From an uncultured Verrucomicrobiae bacterium (GTDB taxonomy: Bacteria > Verrucomicrobiota > Verrucomicrobiia > Palsa-1439), in the NCBI GenBank assembly GCA_963812605.1, contig CAWEWF010000007.1, positions 32,001-96,000 of the forward strand: 64,000 bases of DNA. The letters run 5' to 3'. The notes under the pieces are model-generated. The model saw nothing but the letters and a program-made list of their open reading frames with translations, had not been told where the DNA came from and ran no database searches. The translations under genes and the position numbers were made by a program. This document shows, one piece after another, positions 59,243-64,000 of this stretch (position 1 is the first letter of the stretch; each line of letters starts with the position of its first letter).

Positions 59243-59793
59243 GATGTTCGTGTCTCCAACAGTTTTCTCAGTGCCCGTTTGGCGTAATGCAGGCGGGATT
59301 TCACCGTGCCCACCTGCGTCTCGGTAATGCGGGCGATCTCTTCTAGGGAAAAGCCTTCGATGTAATGCAACAACAGCGCCGACCGCTGGGCCAACGGGAG
59401 TTTCTCCAGCAGTTTCATGAACTCCGCTTCTTGTTCCTCGCGGAGCAATACGTCGAGCGGATCGGGGCTGCCGGCTTTCGGGTCGGGCAGCAATTCCTCC
59501 CGCAACTCGGCTTCGCGGCCCTGCCGTCGCCATTGCTGGACGCATTTCTGATGGGCGATGCTGAAGAGCCAACCGCCGAATTTCTCGTCATCGCGCAGGG
59601 AAGCGATGTGCCGGAAGGCGCTGATGAAAGTCTCCTGCACAAGGTCGAGGCTGGCCTGTTCGTCGCGTAGCAGTTCAAAACCATAAACGTACAATGGCAG
59701 TCGGTAGCGCCGGAAGAGCGTCTTCCAGGCTTCGGCGTTCCCAGCCCGCGCGTCGGCCACGGGCAGTTGTTCGCGTTCAGGCACTACCAGCAT
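59239..59793 (-). CDS. ECF RNA polymerase sigma factor
   Basis: DLVQETF, FGGWLFSIA, FSLEEIA, GTVKSRLHYAK. Confidence 0.93.
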   Translation of the reverse strand: MLVVPEREQLPVADARAGNAEAWKTLFRRYRLPLYVYGFELLRDEQASLDLVQETFISAFRHIASLRDDEKFGGWLFSIAHQKCVQQWRRQGREAELREELLPDPKAGSPDPLDVLLREEQEAEFMKLLEKLPLAQRSALLLHYIEGFSLEEIARITETQVGTVKSRLHYAKRALRKLLETRTS

Positions 59794-59923
59794 TTACACC
59801 CAGTAGAATGTCGGGGGCGAGAAAAGGTTCAATCGAGATTATCCAGCGGAGTGCTTGCCCATTTGCAAAATCCGGTTTTTCCCGTAGGATGATGGCGCGG
59901 TCAATTTCAATGGGGGCATCGTT

Positions 59924-61645
59924 ATGAAACAGGGCAGGTTCAGTTTCGTGTTTTTTCTCGCGCTGTTGACGCCAGCGCTGGGCGGGACATATACGATCCA
60001 GAGCACGCGCATCCCGGTCCCCGCGACCGCTGATGGCACGACCAACGGTGATACGTCCGCATCTTCAACCAACGCCATTCACCTCGATGCCAATGTTTAC
60101 GTGCCCGACAGCGTGGTCGCGCCTGCCCCGGTGGTGGTCGTCGTCCACGGTTTCGGGGAAACGAAAAGCACCGCCACCATTGTGACGTTCGCCGAGGATT
60201 TCGCCGCCGCGGGCTATGTCGTGGTCACACCCTCCGTGCGCGGCTTTGGCAATTCCGACGGCTCGGTTTCATTGGTTGGACCCAATGAGGTCAACGACCT
60301 GAAAACCATCATCCTGGCAATGCAAACGGGTTCGATCGGGGACACACCGGCGGTGGCGATCCCCGTCACCGGCGCGAGCAAGTTCGGCGTGATGGGGCCA
60401 TCTTACGGCGGCGGGCATACTTTCGAGATCATGCGGACGCATGTGGCGGGCTTGACGGCGGTGATGCCGATCATCGGTTGGACGGACCTTTACCAGGCGC
60501 TGGCGCCCAACGACGTTCCCAAGCTGGCGTATTCGCTCGGCCTTTTCGCCAGCGGCTTTGATTTCACGAATCCAAACTATGCACCGGTCATGTTCGACTG
60601 GCTCCGCGACATTCTCAACGGCACGCCCGAGAAGACGCGCCAGGGTGATCCCGAGAACAACATCGATTGGCGTTCGGTAATCTTCAATCCGTCGGAGCTA
60701 ACCGTCCCCGCCTTTGTGGTCCAAGGCTGGCAGGACGATTTATTTCCCGCCGAGCAGGCCCTCCTACTTGCCCGAACGAATTCTTCCATCCCGTTCCTGA
60801 AACTTTACATCGGTGGGTTGGGGCATCCGCCCGCTTCGTCAAGCATCACGGGCGATGAAGGGATATATTTGCAGGCCCAGGCCGTCCGTTGGTTCGACCT
60901 ATGGCTCAAGGGTGTTGACACCGGCATCACCAACGAGTCACCCGTGACGTTGGCCCCGGAGAATACGGCAAACTGGTCAAGCAATGCCTTGATACAGGTC
61001 AACGGCCTCCCGCTGTCAGGTGCGGTCACAAACACGTACTTCCTGAACGGCGCGCTGCTTTCCGCCGTCAGCCCGGCCGCGAATGCCAAAGCGAAGAAAC
61101 TGTCGCCCTCAACCGGGTTCCTTTTTGTGCTGCGTCCGCTCCTGCGTGCCGTCGGCGCGGACGACATCACGTTGATCGAGTCCGTCGCTTCAGTGAACGC
61201 CATCCTGAATTCCGGCGCGACCAGCATCCTTGAGCCAAACATCTTTACAAAAACCGACGGGGGCGCGAACCGGGCCCGGTTCACCAGCGTCACGCTGCCC
61301 GCGGACCTCAACGTCGTCGGACCACCATTGTGCCATTTGATCGTTTCAGCCGGGCACGCCGATGCTTATTATTATGTGCAGATCCTTGAGCGTTCGGCTG
61401 ATGGCGTGACCCAACTCATCACGCGCGGCGCCTTCAAAGACCACACGGCCAATCCATCCACACCACACGCGATTGATTTTTCACCCTTCACGGTGAACCA
61501 CACCTTCCGGGCCGGCAGCCAAATTTTCTTCCAAATCACCAGCCGCGATTACCCGTTCTTCCTGCCCAACCTCAATCAGCCCACGGTAAAGATCTACCGC
61601 GACGCCGTGAACACCTCAACACTCTCCCTGCCCGTGACGCAATGA
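59924..61645 (+). CDS. Secreted CocE/NonD (peptidase S15) alpha/beta hydrolase
   Basis: Signal peptide, HGFG, RGFGNSDG, GPSYGG nucleophile elbow, QGWQDDLF, GH, RWFDLWLKG, C-terminal jelly-roll. Confidence 0.85.
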   Translation: MKQGRFSFVFFLALLTPALGGTYTIQSTRIPVPATADGTTNGDTSASSTNAIHLDANVYVPDSVVAPAPVVVVVHGFGETKSTATIVTFAEDFAAAGYVVVTPSVRGFGNSDGSVSLVGPNEVNDLKTIILAMQTGSIGDTPAVAIPVTGASKFGVMGPSYGGGHTFEIMRTHVAGLTAVMPIIGWTDLYQALAPNDVPKLAYSLGLFASGFDFTNPNYAPVMFDWLRDILNGTPEKTRQGDPENNIDWRSVIFNPSELTVPAFVVQGWQDDLFPAEQALLLARTNSSIPFLKLYIGGLGHPPASSSITGDEGIYLQAQAVRWFDLWLKGVDTGITNESPVTLAPENTANWSSNALIQVNGLPLSGAVTNTYFLNGALLSAVSPAANAKAKKLSPSTGFLFVLRPLLRAVGADDITLIESVASVNAILNSGATSILEPNIFTKTDGGANRARFTSVTLPADLNVVGPPLCHLIVSAGHADAYYYVQILERSADGVTQLITRGAFKDHTANPSTPHAIDFSPFTVNHTFRAGSQIFFQITSRDYPFFLPNLNQPTVKIYRDAVNTSTLSLPVTQ

Positions 61646-61653
61646 GATCGACC

Positions 61654-61676
61654 GTGGGGTGGGGCTACTGGCCCAC
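61654..61676. repeat. REP-like hairpin / terminator between convergent genes
   Basis: GTGGGGTGGGGCTACTGGCCCAC. Confidence 0.4.
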
Positions 61677-61677
61677 A

Positions 61678-62604
61678 TCATTTCTGGGCATTGAGCTTGT
61701 CATAGAAAACCTGTTGTCTTAGCCAGGCCCGATGATAAATGCGCTGACTGGTTCCGGAGGGGTAGGCGCGTGAGGGAATAATGCTGAACGCATTGCAGGT
61801 GTCGCTGCCGTCTGAATTGATGTCATTGCCTATGGAGCCGCTGTAGGCGTATCCGTCCAGTTTTTTGATCTGATCCTTCAGTTTGACGGAATCAGAACCC
61901 CCGCAGATGACGCCCACGAGGAAGGGATATTCCGAGTCCTCGATCACGACTTTTTTGACCGTGATGCCGGCGTTCCGGGCGGCGAGTTGGATGGCATTAA
62001 TCAGGCCTTCCTTGGTGTACCGGGCATCCAGGTTCGTCGGTGGTTCGACGGGGTTTCCCAGGTATTCGAGCAGGGCTTGATTGGGGCCGGATAACGAAGC
62101 CGGCTTCTCCGCGGAACCGCTGTTGCCAGAGTGCTCAAGGTAGTTCCATCCTTTATTGCGGAGAACCCACTTTCCCTGGCCGAAATACACTCCACCGAAC
62201 GCGTCGCCCGAATAGAAACTGACGTGAAGATAGCCGTCTTCATTCATTGTCTTGACCATGCGGAATAAACCAGCGCCTTTCTTGATCCTCACGTGTTGAT
62301 TCTCGTCAACCGGAGTAGGGCCACTGTTCGAAATGCTGGTGGCATAAAAGCCCAGGTCTGCTTCATCCCTGGAACTCAGGACATAGGTGCCCTCCACGCT
62401 ATAAGTCCCCCCCGTCGCGATCGTGCCGCTCGTTCCGCGCACTTGTTGGATCGTAATATTGTCACCGGGAGCGAATTCCTGGTCGCCCAGTTCATATTTG
62501 ACCGCGTAAGGTAAATCCCCGCTGGAGGATGCCAGCACACAGGAGGTGGTGATAACAAAGAGAATCGCCAAGACCCGGGTCAGGCGCGCGCGTTGTACTT
62601 TCAT
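61678..62604 (-). CDS. Hypothetical exported protein downstream of anti-sigma
   Basis: SD AAAGGA; signal peptide; beta-rich GDNITI..VRGT..Y.VEGTYVL, GYLHVSFY. Confidence 0.75.
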   Translation of the reverse strand: MKVQRARLTRVLAILFVITTSCVLASSSGDLPYAVKYELGDQEFAPGDNITIQQVRGTSGTIATGGTYSVEGTYVLSSRDEADLGFYATSISNSGPTPVDENQHVRIKKGAGLFRMVKTMNEDGYLHVSFYSGDAFGGVYFGQGKWVLRNKGWNYLEHSGNSGSAEKPASLSGPNQALLEYLGNPVEPPTNLDARYTKEGLINAIQLAARNAGITVKKVVIEDSEYPFLVGVICGGSDSVKLKDQIKKLDGYAYSGSIGNDINSDGSDTCNAFSIIPSRAYPSGTSQRIYHRAWLRQQVFYDKLNAQK

Positions 62605-62627
62605 AATGGCGAATTCCTTTCTGATTT

Positions 62628-63173
62628 CTATTGGGCAGGTTCCGGGTGACCGGGCCAAAGCGTTCCGCTGGCGACGATCGTCTCGTCGGACAGGGTGTCA
62701 ACGACGAGATTGCCTTCCTGGTGAAACTTGTAGGTTGGCACACGGTAGGAAACCTGGATGGAAACAGTGGAATCGCGGTCGCTGGATCGGGCCATTTCCG
62801 TTTCATGAATCCGTGCGCCGGAGGAATAGTTGATCAGCAGAAAGGTGGCGATCAGCAACAGGGAAGCGGCAATGGCCAGGGGCCACACGAGAGTGCTCCA
62901 TGCGCCAACGACGGACTCCTCATCCGCGAGCGGAGTGGACTGGTGCTCAAGAGCCGTCAGAATACGACGCTGAACCTCCGGTCCAAGCGCAAGGGTTTCG
63001 GTACCTTGACGAAGACGCTCGGACAGGAATTGCGCCAGTTGTTGTTCTTCGCGCACGACCTGTCGACAAACATTGCACCGTGCTAAATGCCTGTCCGCAG
63101 CGGACTGTGTTCTGGCAGAAAGAGTCCCCTCCAAATATTCGTACAACCGATTCTGGAAACGCCGGCAGTTCAT
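62628..63173 (-). CDS. zf-HC2 membrane anti-sigma factor
   Basis: MNC...YLEGTL...HLARCNVC, TM LAIAASLLL; ATGA overlap. Confidence 0.9.
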   Translation of the reverse strand: MNCRRFQNRLYEYLEGTLSARTQSAADRHLARCNVCRQVVREEQQLAQFLSERLRQGTETLALGPEVQRRILTALEHQSTPLADEESVVGAWSTLVWPLAIAASLLLIATFLLINYSSGARIHETEMARSSDRDSTVSIQVSYRVPTYKFHQEGNLVVDTLSDETIVASGTLWPGHPEPAQ

Positions 63174-63745
63174 CGTCTTCGTACTTCCTCTGTGCCGCAG
63201 GCGCCGAAAAGGTTCAATTCCTCGGGCAAGAGTTTCTGCATTTCCCTAATGGCATAATGGAGTCTCGATTTGACGGTCCCCTTGGAGATCCCCAAGTGCC
63301 GTGCGATTTCGTGGATTTTCATGTTCTCGTAGTAGCGGAGGACAAGGACCTCCCGGTGTGCGGCGGAAAGTCGGCGCAAGGCTTCGAGGAGGGCCAATGA
63401 AGCCGTCCCAGTATCCAATCGGTTTGGGTGTTCCTCCGGCAAAGAAACCTCCCGTCCGACCAACTCGTCATCATAGACGATCCGCTTGCGGTCTCGATGA
63501 TAGTGGCGGGTCAGGTTGAGAAGAATGGAATGGAGCCATGTGTAGACGGTCGAGCGACCCTGAAATCGGTGAACGGATCGAATCGCCTGGAGAAATGTCT
63601 CCTGAACGATGTCCTGCGCGTCGGTTTCATTACCGCAGAGCGAAAAAGCGGAACGAAGCAGCCGATCTCCATAAGCATTGACCAATTCCTGCGCCGCTCC
63701 GGGAATCCGGCCCTTCAGGGCCGAGATAAGCCGCTCCTCATCCAT
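63170..63745 (-). CDS. ECF RNA polymerase sigma factor
   Basis: DAQDIVQETF, FQGRSTVYTWL, EIARHLGISKGTVKSRLHYA. Confidence 0.93.
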   Translation of the reverse strand: MDEERLISALKGRIPGAAQELVNAYGDRLLRSAFSLCGNETDAQDIVQETFLQAIRSVHRFQGRSTVYTWLHSILLNLTRHYHRDRKRIVYDDELVGREVSLPEEHPNRLDTGTASLALLEALRRLSAAHREVLVLRYYENMKIHEIARHLGISKGTVKSRLHYAIREMQKLLPEELNLFGACGTEEVRRR

Positions 63746-63749
63746 GCTG

Positions 63750-63779
63750 CTTTGTGCCACCAAAGGCAAAAAGGTTCAA
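63750..63779 (-). promoter_or_regulatory. Putative ECF autoregulatory promoter TGAACC-N16-CACA
   Basis: Same motif and spacing recur at 63188-63217, upstream of the anti-sigma gene. Confidence 0.6.
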
Positions 63780-63815
63780 GGAATTGACGGCGGTCCGCGG
63801 TTGCCGGCGCGGTCT

Positions 63816-63944
63816 TTACCCGCGCTCCATGAGGAACAGGATTACGCAGGCGATCAGCCATGCCAACGCGATTACCCGTTTCTCTGCGGGGGTAACAACG
63901 ACTCCGTCGAAATTTCCTATCTTGGTTTCGCCAAGTTTGTTCAT
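63816..63944 (-). CDS. 42-aa single-TM small protein, absent from the ORF track
   Basis: SD AAGGAGG 9 nt before ATG; MNKLGETKIGNFDGVVVTPAEKRVIALAWLIACVILFLMERG then TAA. Confidence 0.6.
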   Translation of the reverse strand: MNKLGETKIGNFDGVVVTPAEKRVIALAWLIACVILFLMERG

Positions 63945-64000
63945 AAAAACGTCCTCCTTGTAGTTTTTCATCTAACGCCAAAACAAAGAACAATCCATTG

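Overview
GC-rich bacterial chromosomal segment. The gene families suggest Verrucomicrobiota or another PVC lineage (inference). 1-15.7 kb: a same-strand respiratory cluster with a split cytochrome b6/subunit IV, a ~1200-aa octaheme cytochrome c carrying an internal LysM domain, an A-type heme-copper oxidase (subunits I, III, IV, II), heme A/O synthases, an ABC-2 transporter, SCO, DUF420 and two cupredoxin-like paralogs. 15.7-21 kb: two TMTC-like O-mannosyltransferases, YqeY and an ECF sigma/anti-sigma unit. 21-23 kb: REP-like palindromes, an irregular tRNA-Asp and a small AT-richer islet. 23-33.6 kb: a phosphate/polyphosphate cluster (ppk1, ppx, ROK, phoU, phoR, DUF47, pit, phoB) with 11-bp-periodic Pho-box-like repeats. 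33.7-43 kb: ilvD, nucleoside salvage genes, a spermidine-synthase-like membrane protein and a family-B polymerase with an eroded exonuclease. 43-50.6 kb: a partial ebo cluster and a GT-C/TPR protein. 50.7-64 kb: CsgG, DUF6600 and three ECF sigma modules, one linked to a Ser/Thr kinase with an NHL propeller. About ten single-base frameshifts of both signs occur and are most likely long-read indel errors, so split ORFs were joined by eye. No CRISPR array, rRNA, transposase or integrase was seen. All family calls come from motif recognition, not database searches.
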